From an uncultured cyanobacterium (lineage in GTDB: Bacteria > Cyanobacteriota > Cyanobacteriia > PCC-6307 > Cyanobiaceae), in assembly GCA_963697335.1 (NCBI GenBank), contig CAVONQ010000016.1:32001-96000 (forward strand): 64,000 nucleotides of DNA, in the 5' to 3' direction. Each line of letters starts with the position of its first letter. Within the stretch, counting starts at the first letter, position 1. Below the pieces are notes generated by a model that saw nothing but the letters and a program-made list of their open reading frames with translations, did no database searches and was not told the origin of the DNA. Both the position numbers and the translations under genes were made by a program. Positions 18,791-29,237 of the stretch are shown in pieces.

Positions 18791-19975
18791 ATGCTGAGCC
18801 CCTCAGGGTCAGGTTTGGCCTCGGTGCTGGGGCTCGTCCCGGCCACCGCCCTCCCACCTGGTCCTGGCCTTGATCTCGAGGCCAGTTTTGTCGCCCTGCT
18901 CCAGGGTCTGGGCCTCAGCCCGGGGGCCGCACGCCTGGTCTGGCTGCCCCTGCCCATGCTGCTGGTGCTGGTCGCCGCAGTGGTGGGGGTGCTGGTGAAC
19001 GTGTGGCTGGAGCGCAAGATCTCCGCCGCCGTGCAGCAGCGGATCGGCCCCGAATACGCCGGGGCCCTGGGGGTGCTGCAGCCCATGGCGGATGGCCTCA
19101 AGCTGCTGTTCAAGGAAGACATCATTCCCGCCCGGGCCGACGGCCTGCTGTTCACCCTCGGCCCGGTGCTGGTGCTGATCCCGGTGATCCTCAGTTGGCT
19201 GGTGGTGCCCTTCGGCGAGCACCTGGTGATCAGCAATGTGGGCATCGGCATCTTCCTCTGGATTGCCCTGAGTTCGATCCAGCCCATCGGCCTGCTGATG
19301 AGCGGCTATGCCTCCAACAACAAATACTCCCTGCTGGGTGGTCTGCGGGCGGCGGCCCAGTCGATCAGCTACGAGATTCCGCTGGCCCTGGCGGTGCTGG
19401 CCGTGGTGATGATGAGCAACTCGCTCAGCACCGTGGACATCGTGGCCCAGCAGACAGGGGCCGGCATCCTCAGCTGGAACATCTGGCGCCAGCCCGTGGG
19501 CTTCGTGATCTTCTGGATCTGCGTGCTGGCCGAATGCGAGCGGCTGCCCTTTGATCTCCCCGAGGCCGAGGAGGAGCTTGTGGCTGGCTACCAGACTGAG
19601 TATGCCGGCATGAAGTTCGCCCTCTTCTACCTCGGCAGCTACATCAACCTGGTGCTCTCGGCCCTGCTGGTGTCGGTGCTTTACCTGGGCGGCTGGGGCT
19701 TCCCGCTGCCGGTGGAGTGGTTGGCGGGTTGGCTTGGTCAGCCGATCGATGCGCCGCTGGTGCAGGTGATCACGGGGTCTGTGGGGATCGTGATGACTGT
19801 ATTGAAGGCCTACCTGCTGGTGTTCCTGGCGATCCTGCTGCGCTGGACCACTCCCCGGGTGCGCATCGACCAACTCCTTGACCTGGGCTGGAAGTTCCTG
19901 CTGCCGATCGCCCTGGTCAACCTGCTGGTCACGGCCGGTCTCAAGCTGGCTTTCCCCGCCTTCTTCGGCGGCTGA
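18791..19975 (+). CDS. ndhA: NDH-1 subunit A (NuoH)
   Basis: [43 protein letters not shown]; start uncertain. Confidence 0.97.
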   Translation: MLSPSGSGLASVLGLVPATALPPGPGLDLEASFVALLQGLGLSPGAARLVWLPLPMLLVLVAAVVGVLVNVWLERKISAAVQQRIGPEYAGALGVLQPMADGLKLLFKEDIIPARADGLLFTLGPVLVLIPVILSWLVVPFGEHLVISNVGIGIFLWIALSSIQPIGLLMSGYASNNKYSLLGGLRAAAQSISYEIPLALAVLAVVMMSNSLSTVDIVAQQTGAGILSWNIWRQPVGFVIFWICVLAECERLPFDLPEAEEELVAGYQTEYAGMKFALFYLGSYINLVLSALLVSVLYLGGWGFPLPVEWLAGWLGQPIDAPLVQVITGSVGIVMTVLKAYLLVFLAILLRWTTPRVRIDQLLDLGWKFLLPIALVNLLVTAGLKLAFPAFFGG

Positions 19976-20055
19976 ACCTTCAGCTTCGGCTCTCCTGAGT
20001 CATCATGGTCGGGCTTCGCCCAGGCCAGCCCCGTCGTCCAACCCCCTTAAAGCGC

Positions 20056-20685
20056 ATGTTCGGGTTTCTCAAAAAAGTCGGCGATTACAGCCGCGATGCG
20101 GTTGGTGCCGCCCAATACATGACCCAGGGGCTGGCCGTCACCTTTGATCACCTGCGCCGCAGGCCGGTCACGGTTCAGTATCCCTACGAAAAGCTGATCC
20201 CTTCGGAGCGCTACCGCGGCCGTATTCATTTCGAGTTTGATAAGTGCATCGCCTGTGAAGTGTGCGTGCGGGTGTGCCCTATCAATCTGCCGGTGGTGGA
20301 TTGGACCATGAACAAGGCCACCAAGAAAAAAGAGCTCAGCAATTACTCGATTGATTTCGGAGTTTGTATCTTCTGCGGCAACTGTGTGGAGTACTGCCCC
20401 ACCAACTGCCTCTCGATGACGGAGGAATACGAGCTCTCTGCCTTCGATCGCCACAGCCTCAACTACGACAACGTGGCACTGGGACGTCTTCCCACCAGCG
20501 TCACCAGCGATCCCGCTGTCGTGGCCCTGCGCGAACTCGTTTACCTGCCCAAGGGCGTGATGGATCCCCATGGGGTGCCCGACACCACGCCTCGAGCAGG
20601 GCAGCTGCCTGAGCAGGTGCTCGCCTCGATGCCAGCCTCTACCCCGCCCTCCAAGGACCAGCCCGCTTCGGAGACTGACAGCTGA
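20056..20685 (+). CDS. ndhI: NDH-1 subunit I
   Basis: TVQYPYEK, two CxxCxxCxxxCP 4Fe-4S motifs. Confidence 0.97.
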   Translation: MFGFLKKVGDYSRDAVGAAQYMTQGLAVTFDHLRRRPVTVQYPYEKLIPSERYRGRIHFEFDKCIACEVCVRVCPINLPVVDWTMNKATKKKELSNYSIDFGVCIFCGNCVEYCPTNCLSMTEEYELSAFDRHSLNYDNVALGRLPTSVTSDPAVVALRELVYLPKGVMDPHGVPDTTPRAGQLPEQVLASMPASTPPSKDQPASETDS

Positions 20686-21287
20686 TGACCATCGCCTCCA
20701 CGACCCAGTTCATCTGCTTCGCCATCCTCTCCACCACCCTGGTGGCCGGAACCCTGGGCGTTGTGCTGCTGCCCAACATCGTCTATTCCGCCTTCCTTCT
20801 CGCTGGCGTCTTCCTCTCGGTGGCCGGGCTCTACCTGATGCTCAATGCCAGCTTCGTGGCCGCGGCCCAGGTGCTGGTCTACGTGGGCGCCGTGAACGTG
20901 TTGATCCTGTTCGCGATCATGCTGGTCAACAAGCGGGAGGACCTCTCCGTGATCAAGGGCCTGGCCCTGCGCCGGGTGCTGTCGGGTCTGGTCTGCGGCG
21001 GGCTGTTTGCCCTGCTCTTCCGGGTGGCCGTCACCACCCCCTGGAACCTGCCCGGTCCCACGCCGATCGGCGAAGAGGCCACCATCCGCATCGGGGAACA
21101 CCTCTTCTCCGACTATCTGCTGCCGTTTGAGCTCGCCTCTGTGCTGTTGCTGATGGCCATGATCGGTGCCATCGTCCTGGCCAGGCGCGATGTGTTCACT
21201 TCCGATATCGCCACGGGTGAGGCCGCCGATCAGGAGTTGATCGAGCAGTCCCGTTATCCCCTGCTGATCGACAAGTCGTCGTCGTGA
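20685..21287 (+). CDS. ndhG: NDH-1 subunit G
   Basis: [40 protein letters not shown]. Confidence 0.96.
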   Translation: MTIASTTQFICFAILSTTLVAGTLGVVLLPNIVYSAFLLAGVFLSVAGLYLMLNASFVAAAQVLVYVGAVNVLILFAIMLVNKREDLSVIKGLALRRVLSGLVCGGLFALLFRVAVTTPWNLPGPTPIGEEATIRIGEHLFSDYLLPFELASVLLLMAMIGAIVLARRDVFTSDIATGEAADQELIEQSRYPLLIDKSSS

Positions 21288-21384
21288 GCTGGGGCGGTCG
21301 ACCGTCTGGTGCCGCCCTCAGGGCTGCCCGGCCCCGCCCTCCCTTCCGCCTTACCTCCGCACCCTCCTTCACCACCAGACCACC

Positions 21385-21714
21385 ATGGAGCCCAGTCTTT
21401 CCGCCACGATTCCTCTCCAGGCCTACCTGGTGCTGGCGGCGCTGCTGTTCTGTGCCGGCGTCTGGGGGCTGATCAACAGCCGCAATGCCGTGCGGGTGCT
21501 GATGAGCATCGAGCTGATGCTGAATGCAGTGAACATCAACCTGATGGCCTTTTCCAGCTATCTCGATGGTGAGCTGATCCGTGGCCAGGTGTTTGCGATC
21601 TTCGTGATCACCGTGGCCGCTGCTGAGGCGGCGGTGGGTCTGGCGATCCTGCTGTCGCTCTATCGCAACCGCGAAACCGTGGATATGGAGCGGTTCAATC
21701 TGCTGCGCTGGTGA
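21385..21714 (+). CDS. ndhE: NDH-1 subunit E
   Basis: [29 protein letters not shown]. Confidence 0.97.
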   Translation: MEPSLSATIPLQAYLVLAALLFCAGVWGLINSRNAVRVLMSIELMLNAVNINLMAFSSYLDGELIRGQVFAIFVITVAAAEAAVGLAILLSLYRNRETVDMERFNLLRW

Positions 21715-21730
21715 TTCCTGAACTCTCCCC

Positions 21731-22684
21731 ATGCGGCTGGATCGCATCTGGCTGATCGCCAGGGCCGGTAGCCAGGCTGCCCAGCGCCAGGCCCAGCGCT
21801 GTGCCCTGGATCTTCGCAGCCAGGGCGCCACGGTGACCATGGCCACCAGTGGCCCCGTCAACAACCCCTTCCCTGGACTGCTGGCCACGGAGCCTGAGCT
21901 GCCTGATCTGGCCATTGTGCTGGGGGGTGATGGCACGGTGCTGGGAGCCGCCCGCCACCTGGCTCCCCTGGCCATTCCGATTCTCTGTTTCAACGTGGGC
22001 GGCCATCTGGGCTTTCTCACCCACAACCGCAACCTGCTGCGTCTCGATGGCCAGGCCCCCCGTCGTGGCAGCCCCTCCGACGACCCGCGCAGCCTCTGGA
22101 GCATCCTGCGCGAGGACGCCTTCGCTGTGGAGCAGCGCATGATGCTGGAGGCCCACATCGATCGCGGCGATGGCGTTGAGGCCGCGGCGGAGCTCACCCA
22201 TCTCGCCCTCAACGACGTTTACTTCCGTCCGGGCCTCGATGAACGCTCGCCCACCTGCGTGCTGGAGCTGGAGATCGATGGCGAGGTGGTGGATCAGTTC
22301 CGCGGCGATGGGCTGATCATCGCCACGCCCACCGGATCCACCGGCTATGCCATGGCGGCCGGTGGGCCGATCCTGCATCCGGGCATCGAGGCGATCGTGG
22401 TCACGCCGATCTGTCCGATCAGTCTGTCCAGCCGCGCCCTCGTGGTGCCTCCCCGGGCCCAGCTGTCGGTGTGGCCCCTGGGGGAGTCCAGCCGCCGGGT
22501 CAACCTCTGGCAGGACGGAGCCCATGCCACCACCCTGGAGCCGGGGGACCGGGCCCTGGTGCAGCGCTCTGGCCATCCGGCCCTGCTGCTGCTCCTGGAA
22601 CGCAGCCCGTCCTACTACCGCACCCTCACCCACAAGCTGCACTGGGCTGGCAGCCTGATTGCCGGCGAACCCTCCCACAACTGA
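21731..22684 (+). CDS. nadK: NAD+ kinase
   Basis: [36 protein letters not shown]. Confidence 0.95.
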   Translation: MRLDRIWLIARAGSQAAQRQAQRCALDLRSQGATVTMATSGPVNNPFPGLLATEPELPDLAIVLGGDGTVLGAARHLAPLAIPILCFNVGGHLGFLTHNRNLLRLDGQAPRRGSPSDDPRSLWSILREDAFAVEQRMMLEAHIDRGDGVEAAAELTHLALNDVYFRPGLDERSPTCVLELEIDGEVVDQFRGDGLIIATPTGSTGYAMAAGGPILHPGIEAIVVTPICPISLSSRALVVPPRAQLSVWPLGESSRRVNLWQDGAHATTLEPGDRALVQRSGHPALLLLLERSPSYYRTLTHKLHWAGSLIAGEPSHN

Positions 22685-22692
22685 CCCGAGCC

Positions 22693-23298
22693 ATGGCCCT
22701 GGAGATCGAGCGTCGGTTCCTGGTGCATGGTGAGCAGTGGCGCGAGCACATCGCTGGGCGGGCCCACCTGCTGCAGGGCTACCTGGTGAGCGGCCCAGGT
22801 GGGCTCACCCTGCGGGTGCGCTCCAGCAGGTCGGAGGCTCCGGTGTGGGGGGAGGCTGCCGCAGGGCCGGGGGCGGCCGAGGCCTGGCTCACCCTCAAGG
22901 CTCCGGTGGCGGCCGGCGAGGCCCCCATGCTGCCTGGGGAGGCCTCTGGGCAGCCGGATGGCCTGGTGCGGCAGGAGTTCGAATACGCCATCCCCGTCGC
23001 CGATGCCCAGGCCCTGCTGGCCCTGGCCCCCCACCAGCTCAGCAAGTGGCGCTACAACCTCACCCTGCCCGGTGGTGACTGGGTGGTGGATGTGTTCGAA
23101 GCGGCCAATGCCCCCCTGGTGCTGGCGGAGGTGGAGCTGGCTTCGGCTGACCAGTCGCCCCCCCTGCCGCCCTGGTGCGCCGAGGAAGTGACGGGGCGCC
23201 ACGAGCTCAGCAATGCCGCCCTGGCCCGCGAGCCCCTGCAGGGCTGGAGCCCTGAACAGCGCCGGACGCTGCCGGGATGGCTGAACGGGGGGCAGTGA
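22693..23298 (+). CDS. CYTH domain protein
   Basis: LEIERRFLV, QGYL, LRVR, EFEY, AEVEL, SNAAL. Confidence 0.9.
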   Translation: MALEIERRFLVHGEQWREHIAGRAHLLQGYLVSGPGGLTLRVRSSRSEAPVWGEAAAGPGAAEAWLTLKAPVAAGEAPMLPGEASGQPDGLVRQEFEYAIPVADAQALLALAPHQLSKWRYNLTLPGGDWVVDVFEAANAPLVLAEVELASADQSPPLPPWCAEEVTGRHELSNAALAREPLQGWSPEQRRTLPGWLNGGQ

Positions 23299-23337
23299 CA
23301 TCGGATACAATCAGCAGACTTTCTTAAGGAGCTGGGC

Positions 23338-23517
23338 GTGGTCGGTCTCTACGACAGCCAGGGGGTGTTGCGCTTTGCTGGCCGGGATCGCGACGATTGC
23401 CTCGCCTATGCAGAGCTGTTCTCGCTGCCCGAGGAGAGCTACAGCCTCGAGAGTGTGGCTGTGCTGGTGCGCGGTTCCTTGGCCAGCACCCCTGAAGTGG
23501 CCTTGGCGGGGGCCTGA
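23338..23517 (+). CDS. small hypothetical protein (59 aa, MVGLYDSQGVLRFAGRDRDDCLAYAELFSL...)
   Basis: GTG start 6 nt after AAGGAG (23326-23331), TACAAT -10-like box at 23306, fills the gap exactly; absent from ORF track. Confidence 0.7.
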   Translation: MVGLYDSQGVLRFAGRDRDDCLAYAELFSLPEESYSLESVAVLVRGSLASTPEVALAGA

Positions 23518-23531
23518 GACGGGGGGCCTGC

Positions 23532-23828
23532 TCAGCTGCCTTCTTCAGGCTGCTGCTCGAGCGAGCAGCAGTTGAAGCCATCCCGGCAGATCTTGCCCCG
23601 ATCCATGGCCCAGTTCAGCAGGGCGACGCGGTTCTTGGCCCCGGTCTTGGTGAAGATGTTGCTCACGTGGTTGTCCACGGTGCGCTTGCTGATCGTGAGC
23701 TGGCCCGCGATCTCCTGATTGGTGAGTCCTTCGGCCACCAGGGCGATGATTTCCAGCTCCCGCTCGGAGAGGTTGCGCTCCTGGGGCTGATGCTGCTGGA
23801 GCTCTCTGCCCATCTCCGCCAGGCCCAT
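23532..23828 (-). CDS. pedR: small LuxR-type redox-responsive regulator PedR
   Basis: LSERELEII..GLTNQEIA..ISKRTVDNHVSNI HTH plus C-terminal C-x5-CC; start 23828 or 23813. Confidence 0.85.
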   Translation of the reverse strand: MGLAEMGRELQQHQPQERNLSERELEIIALVAEGLTNQEIAGQLTISKRTVDNHVSNIFTKTGAKNRVALLNWAMDRGKICRDGFNCCSLEQQPEEGS

Positions 23829-23891
23829 AGGCACTTATTCACTCTAGGCAGGCCTCTGCCGCATGATGGGGCCTGCGATGGGAAGCTTGGC

Positions 23892-24833
23892 TTGCTGCTC
23901 CAACAGGCCCTGGCCAGCGGGCAACCGGCGATCACGGCCGAGGTGACTCCGCCGCGGGGAGGGGATCCCAGCCGCACCCTGGCCGCTGCCGCAGCCCTGC
24001 GCCCCTGGGTGCATGCCATCAACGTCACCGACGGCAGCAGGGCGGTGATGCGGATGAGCAGCCTGGCCCTGTGCCGCCTGCTGCTGGACATTGGTCTGGA
24101 GCCGGTGCTGCAGATGGCCTGCCGCGACCGCAACCGCATTGCCCTGCAGGCCGACCTGCTGGGGGCCCATGCCCTCGGCCTGCGCAATCTCCTCTGCCTC
24201 ACGGGCGATCCGGTGGGGGCTGGTGACCAGCCCGGGGCCCGGCCCGTGAATGAGCTCGAATCGGTGCGGTTGCTGCAGCTGGTGGCCCAGCTGAACGGGG
24301 GTCGGGACCCCGTGAGCGGCCTGCTGCCGGATGGCGGCACCACCTTCTTCGCCGGAGCTGCCGCCGACCCCCAGAGCCCCAGCTGGAGCGGTCTTCAGAG
24401 CCGCATGCGCCGCAAGCAGCGCGCTGGTGCCCGCTTCGTGCAGACCCAGATGGTGACGGACGCCGCCGCCCTGCGCCGCTTCGTCGACGAGATCGCCGCC
24501 CCCCTGGGGCTGCCGGTGCTGGCCGGTGTGTTTCTGCTGAAATCGGCGAAAAACGCTCTGTTCATCAACCGGGTGGTGCCCGGGGCCAACATTCCCCAGT
24601 GCCTGATCGACCGGCTTGCCGCAGCGACCGACCCCGCGGCGGAGGGGGTGGCCATTGCGGCGGAACAGGTGGCCAGCTACCTGGAGATTGCCCAGGGGGT
24701 TCACGTGATGGCGATCAAAGCAGAAGCGCTCATCCCGCGGATCCTGGCCCAGGCGGGGATTGCCCCAGTGCTGCCCACCGCCGGGGTGGATCTGGGCAGG
24801 GCGCAGGCCGAGCTCTATCCCGGGGCCCGTTGA
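23892..24833 (+). CDS. metF: methylenetetrahydrofolate reductase
   Basis: ITAEVTPP, NVTDGSRA, CRDRNR, LTGDP, FVQTQ; TTG start at 23892 inferred. Confidence 0.9.
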   Translation: MLLQQALASGQPAITAEVTPPRGGDPSRTLAAAAALRPWVHAINVTDGSRAVMRMSSLALCRLLLDIGLEPVLQMACRDRNRIALQADLLGAHALGLRNLLCLTGDPVGAGDQPGARPVNELESVRLLQLVAQLNGGRDPVSGLLPDGGTTFFAGAAADPQSPSWSGLQSRMRRKQRAGARFVQTQMVTDAAALRRFVDEIAAPLGLPVLAGVFLLKSAKNALFINRVVPGANIPQCLIDRLAAATDPAAEGVAIAAEQVASYLEIAQGVHVMAIKAEALIPRILAQAGIAPVLPTAGVDLGRAQAELYPGAR

Positions 24834-26020
24834 GGCTGAACCAGGTCCTGGTTGAGGTTGATGTCGCTGCCCAGCAGTTCCGCCAGCGCCTTCTGTTGCG
24901 GACTCGGCGAGACCACGTCGAGGCGGCGGGCGTCGGTGATCAGCCAGTCGAGGGCGGCCTCCTGGAGATCGAAGTGGTCGCCGTTGCGGTCCACGCAGTA
25001 GCGCCCGAACACCAGCTTCTCCACCAGGCGAACTCCAGGCCCGATGCGCGAGTAGTCGAAGATGATCGAGTTATCGATCACGGCCCCTTCACAGATCTGA
25101 CAGCTGGGGCCGATCATGGCCGGTCCGATGATCGTGGCTCCGTCTTCGATGCGGGTCATGCCGCCCACGTAAATGGGCCCCTCCACCCGGATGCGATCCC
25201 AGTTGGCAGCCACATTGAGGCCGGTGTACACCCCAGGTCGCACCTCTTTACCGGGAATCTGAACCTGCCGTACGTGGCCCTGGAGCACGCTGCGGATGGC
25301 CTGCCAATAATCTGGCACCTTGCCGATGTCCACCCACTCGAACTCCATCGGCAGGGCGTAGAAGGGGGCTCCAGCGGCCACCAGCTTCGGGAACAGATCT
25401 GAGCCGATGTCGAAGGGCTGGTTGCTGGGCACGAAATCCAGCACCTCCGGTTCGAAAATGTAGATGCCGGTGTTGATCATGTTGCTGGCGGCCTCCGCCA
25501 GCGGTGGCTTCTCCTGGAAGGAGAGCACCCGGCCATCGTCATCGGTCACCACCACCCCGTAGCTGCTCACCTGATCATTCGGTACCCGCTTGGTGACCAG
25601 GCTCGCCATCGCTCCCTTCTCGCGATGCAGGCGCACGGCCTCGGTGAGGTCGAGGTCGATCAGGGCGTCGCCGCAGAGCACCACGAAGGTGTCGTCGAAG
25701 AATGGCTGAAAATTCTGGATCTTCTTGAGGCCTCCGGCGGAGCCCAGGGCATCGCCGATCAGTTCACCGTCTTCGATGCGGCCTTCAAAGCTGTAGGCGA
25801 TCTCCACGCCGAAGCGCTGGCCGTCACGGAAGTAATTCTCAATTTCCTCAGCCAGGTGGGACACATTCACCATGACTTCGGTGAACCCGTGCTGCCGCAG
25901 CAGCTCCAGCAGAAACTCCATCACGGGCTTCTGCAGGATCGGGATCATCGGCTTGGGAATGGTGTGCGTGATCGGCCGCACCCTTGTTCCTTTGCCAGCC
26001 GCCAGGATCATCGCCTTCAT
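24815..26020 (-). CDS. cugP: NDP-sugar pyrophosphorylase (cyanobacterial CugP-type)
   Basis: MKAMILAAGKGTRVRP..PKPM, FQEKP, WVDIG, C-terminal hexapeptide region. Confidence 0.85.
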   Translation of the reverse strand: MKAMILAAGKGTRVRPITHTIPKPMIPILQKPVMEFLLELLRQHGFTEVMVNVSHLAEEIENYFRDGQRFGVEIAYSFEGRIEDGELIGDALGSAGGLKKIQNFQPFFDDTFVVLCGDALIDLDLTEAVRLHREKGAMASLVTKRVPNDQVSSYGVVVTDDDGRVLSFQEKPPLAEAASNMINTGIYIFEPEVLDFVPSNQPFDIGSDLFPKLVAAGAPFYALPMEFEWVDIGKVPDYWQAIRSVLQGHVRQVQIPGKEVRPGVYTGLNVAANWDRIRVEGPIYVGGMTRIEDGATIIGPAMIGPSCQICEGAVIDNSIIFDYSRIGPGVRLVEKLVFGRYCVDRNGDHFDLQEAALDWLITDARRLDVVSPSPQQKALAELLGSDINLNQDLVQPQRAPG

Positions 26021-26065
26021 CTGGGCGTACTCACTGAGGTCGGGGGCACCAGCTTACGCGCAGGA

Positions 26066-26971
26066 TCAGGCCACCAGCTGCTCCTCAGTCGGCGGGGCAG
26101 GCGGCACCGCGGCCGAAAGCTGGGCCACGGTGCCGCCAAGGGCCTCTGCCGCGCAGCGCCGCAGGCTCAGGCAGGCGCCCAGGCCGCCGGGCTGCTCCAG
26201 GTCCACCTTGCCCTGGTGGCAGAGGAAGAGCAGGGCCCAGAACACCCCCACCCGATCCCGGTCCAGGTCATCGTCCATCCCGGCCGGCTGGGGGGCTTCG
26301 GCCCAGGCGCCCACGAGTTCCTCGAAGTCGACCCAGTCATGGGCTGGGTCCCAGCTCAGCATGAACTGGCTGAGGGCGGCGGTGGTCTCCGGCAGCTTCT
26401 CCCGGTGGGCCAGGTTGGTCACCTGGGCGATCGCCGCCCGATCGCTGTAGCGATGGGGGCGGTGACGCTGACGGCTGGGGCCCGCAGGCTCCTGCTCCAG
26501 CCGCTCAGCGATCTCCTCGAGCTGGCGGATCAACTCGCCCAGCGTCACCGGGCGCTGCAGGGGTGGCGGCGCCACCGGGCGGCGCCAGAGGTGGCGCTCC
26601 GGCCGTCGCGGCAGTTGCAGGGCAGGATCACTGCCCCAGTCGGCCCCCTCGGCGTCGAAGGCGGCGTCGAAGCCGTCGTCCAGGGGCTCCTCCAGGGGCA
26701 GGGTGCTGGCCTCGAGCACCTCGGCCTTGAGGCTCACCAGCACCGAGGCGGCCAGGAAGGCCTCGCTGGCCTCCGCCAGGTCGTGCTCGTAGCTGCCTCC
26801 CCGGCTGGCTCCTGCCGCTGGCACCAGCCGGGGCACGGTGATCCTCTGGCGCAGCTGGTCCAGAAAGCCGTCGATCACGGCAATCACGTCCACGTCCCAG
26901 GGGTCGAGATCACCCTGTACGGCCGCATCCTGCAAGAGCCGGATGGCCAGTCTGGCGCCGCCGTCTGCCAA
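26066..26971 (-). CDS. scpA: segregation/condensation protein A
   Basis: DPWDVDVI, AFLAASVLVSLKA, RPVTLGEL, AHREKL, VGVFWALLFL. Confidence 0.9.
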   Translation of the reverse strand: MADGGARLAIRLLQDAAVQGDLDPWDVDVIAVIDGFLDQLRQRITVPRLVPAAGASRGGSYEHDLAEASEAFLAASVLVSLKAEVLEASTLPLEEPLDDGFDAAFDAEGADWGSDPALQLPRRPERHLWRRPVAPPPLQRPVTLGELIRQLEEIAERLEQEPAGPSRQRHRPHRYSDRAAIAQVTNLAHREKLPETTAALSQFMLSWDPAHDWVDFEELVGAWAEAPQPAGMDDDLDRDRVGVFWALLFLCHQGKVDLEQPGGLGACLSLRRCAAEALGGTVAQLSAAVPPAPPTEEQLVA

Positions 26972-27054
26972 TCCCGTCCCGGTGGTCCAAAGGTCTGTGC
27001 CCGCACGCTACCGGCGTTGCCCAGGCTGAACCACCCCGGCGGCAGCCCTGCTGA

Positions 27055-27423
27055 TCAGGAGGCCGGGCTGGAGTCCTGCACGGAGGCCGTTTCGCCGGCA
27101 GCGGGCAGCAGGGCCAGCTGGGCGTCGACGGTGGCGCGGTAGCGCTGCAGGTCGTTCTCCAGCTCCTGGATGCGCACCTGCTGGGCCTCGTACTCGCCCT
27201 GGGTCTGCAGGGCTTCCACCTTGCGCACCACCCCGGTCCACACGGCGAACACCCAGGCAGCCGTGGCGCCGATGCCGCCCACCACCAGCAGCAACGCGGC
27301 CAGGGGCATGGTGGCATTGAGACCCGGCAGGAAGTGCACGGTGGTGGCGGCCGTGTTCTCCAGGGTGAACATCACCATGGCCAGACCGAAGCTGAAGATC
27401 AGCAGGAAGTTCAGCTGTTTCAT
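27055..27423 (-). CDS. LapA family membrane protein
   Basis: Two TM helices with FTLEN and PLAALLL, then a coiled-coil tail. Confidence 0.75.
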   Translation of the reverse strand: MKQLNFLLIFSFGLAMVMFTLENTAATTVHFLPGLNATMPLAALLLVVGGIGATAAWVFAVWTGVVRKVEALQTQGEYEAQQVRIQELENDLQRYRATVDAQLALLPAAGETASVQDSSPAS

Positions 27424-27520
27424 GTCGCTCCCCCCAGGCGTGGGCGGCAGCTTAAGCACAATTCCGATGGCCGTCACGGTCGGAGGCGGGGCCCGCGCCC
27501 GGGCCATCGGCAGCCTGCGA

Positions 27521-29122
27521 TCAGGCCGGGGCTGCCGGAAGGGGCAGGGGCGGGGCCTGAAGCAGCTGCTGGCGGATCAGACGGCTGGCGGGGGGCGCGA
27601 TCACCCTGGCCATGGCGTTGTTCTCCCGCAGCACCAGGGCCTCGATCGAGGCGCGGTAGCTGTCGGTCATGATCCGGGGATAGAGACCGATGCCGATGAT
27701 GGGCACCAGCAGGCAGCTGATCACATAGATCTCGCGGGGCTCGGCATCCACCAGGTTGGTGTGGGAGGCCAGTTCGGCGTTCTCCTTGCCGAAGAAGATC
27801 TCGCGCAGCATCGACAGCAGGTAGATGGGAGTGAGAATCACGCCCACGGCCGCCAGGGCGGCGATCACCACCCGGAAGCTGAGCGTGTAGGCCTCGCTGG
27901 TGACGAAGCCCACGAACACCATCAGCTCCGAGACGAAACCACTCATGCCCGGCAGGGCCAGGGAGGCGAGGCTGCACACCGTCCAGAGGGCAAACATCTT
28001 GCGCATCTTCTGGCCCACGCCGCCCATTTCATCGAGTTGCAGGGTGTGGGTGCGGTCGTAGGTGGCGCCCACCAGGAAGAACAGGCTGGCGCCGATCAGG
28101 CCATGGCTGATCATCTGCAGCATGGCGCCGCTGGTGCCCAGGTCGCTGAAGCTGCCGATGCCGATCAGCACGAAGCCCATGTGGCTGATCGAGCTGTAGG
28201 CGATTTTGCGCTTGAGGTTCCTCTGGGCGAAGGAGGTGAGGGCGGCGTAGATGATGTTCACCACCCCGAGCACCACCAGCAGCGGCGCGAACTGGGCATG
28301 GCCCTCAGGCAGCAGCTGCACGTTGAAGCGGAGCAGCGCATAGCCCCCCATCTTGAGCAGGATGCCGGCCAGCAGCATGTGCACCGGCGCCGTCGCCTCG
28401 CCGTGGGCATCCGGCAGCCAGGTGTGCAGGGGCACGATCGGCAGCTTCACCCCGAAGGCGATCAACAGGCCCGCGTAGCAGAGCACCTGGAATTTGGTGC
28501 CGAACTCCTTGGCCATCAGGGTCGTGTACTCGAAGCTGATGTCCCCGCCGTAGAAGGCCATCGCCAGGCCCACGATCAGGATGAACAGGGAGCTGCCGGC
28601 GGTGTACAGAATGAACTTGGTGGCGGCGTACTGGCGCTTCTTGCCGCCCCAGATGGCCAGCAGCAGGTACACCGGCAGCAGCTCCAGCTCCCAGGCCAGG
28701 AAGAACAGCAGCATGTCCTGCACGGCAAACACCGCGATCTGGCCGCCGTCCATGGCCAGCAGCAGGAAGTAGAAGAGCTTCGGCTTGAACGTCACCGGCC
28801 AGGCGGCCAGGGCGGCCAGGGCGGTGATGAAGCTGGTGAGCAGGATCAGCGGCATCGAGAGGCCATCGGCTCCCACCGACCAGGCCAGCCCCAGATCCGG
28901 CAGCCACTCCACCCGCTGCACCAACTGCAGACCCTCCACGGAGGGGTCGTAGCCGTTGAGGTAGCCCGCCACCGTGATCAGGAAGGTGGTGAGGGCGATG
29001 CCGAGGGCGTACCAGCGCACCTGCTTGCCATCGCCCTTGTCGGGCACGAAGGGAATCAGCAGGGCCGCACCGATCGGGAACAGGATCGAGGTGCTGAGCC
29101 AGGGGAAAGGCACTGAAAGCAA
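27521..29122 (-). CDS. ndhD: NDH-1 subunit D (NdhD1 type)
   Basis: [48 protein letters not shown]. Confidence 0.96.
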   Translation of the reverse strand: MLSVPFPWLSTSILFPIGAALLIPFVPDKGDGKQVRWYALGIALTTFLITVAGYLNGYDPSVEGLQLVQRVEWLPDLGLAWSVGADGLSMPLILLTSFITALAALAAWPVTFKPKLFYFLLLAMDGGQIAVFAVQDMLLFFLAWELELLPVYLLLAIWGGKKRQYAATKFILYTAGSSLFILIVGLAMAFYGGDISFEYTTLMAKEFGTKFQVLCYAGLLIAFGVKLPIVPLHTWLPDAHGEATAPVHMLLAGILLKMGGYALLRFNVQLLPEGHAQFAPLLVVLGVVNIIYAALTSFAQRNLKRKIAYSSISHMGFVLIGIGSFSDLGTSGAMLQMISHGLIGASLFFLVGATYDRTHTLQLDEMGGVGQKMRKMFALWTVCSLASLALPGMSGFVSELMVFVGFVTSEAYTLSFRVVIAALAAVGVILTPIYLLSMLREIFFGKENAELASHTNLVDAEPREIYVISCLLVPIIGIGLYPRIMTDSYRASIEALVLRENNAMARVIAPPASRLIRQQLLQAPPLPLPAAPA

Positions 29123-29237
29123 GGGTTCCGTTGGCCGGAGTGTAGAAATGCCCGCCAGGTGAACACTCCTACGGTGGGGGGAGGCACACAGTCCGTAGGG
29201 CTGGTGGGCTCAGATCCAAGGCCAGCAGGCCTTGGGA

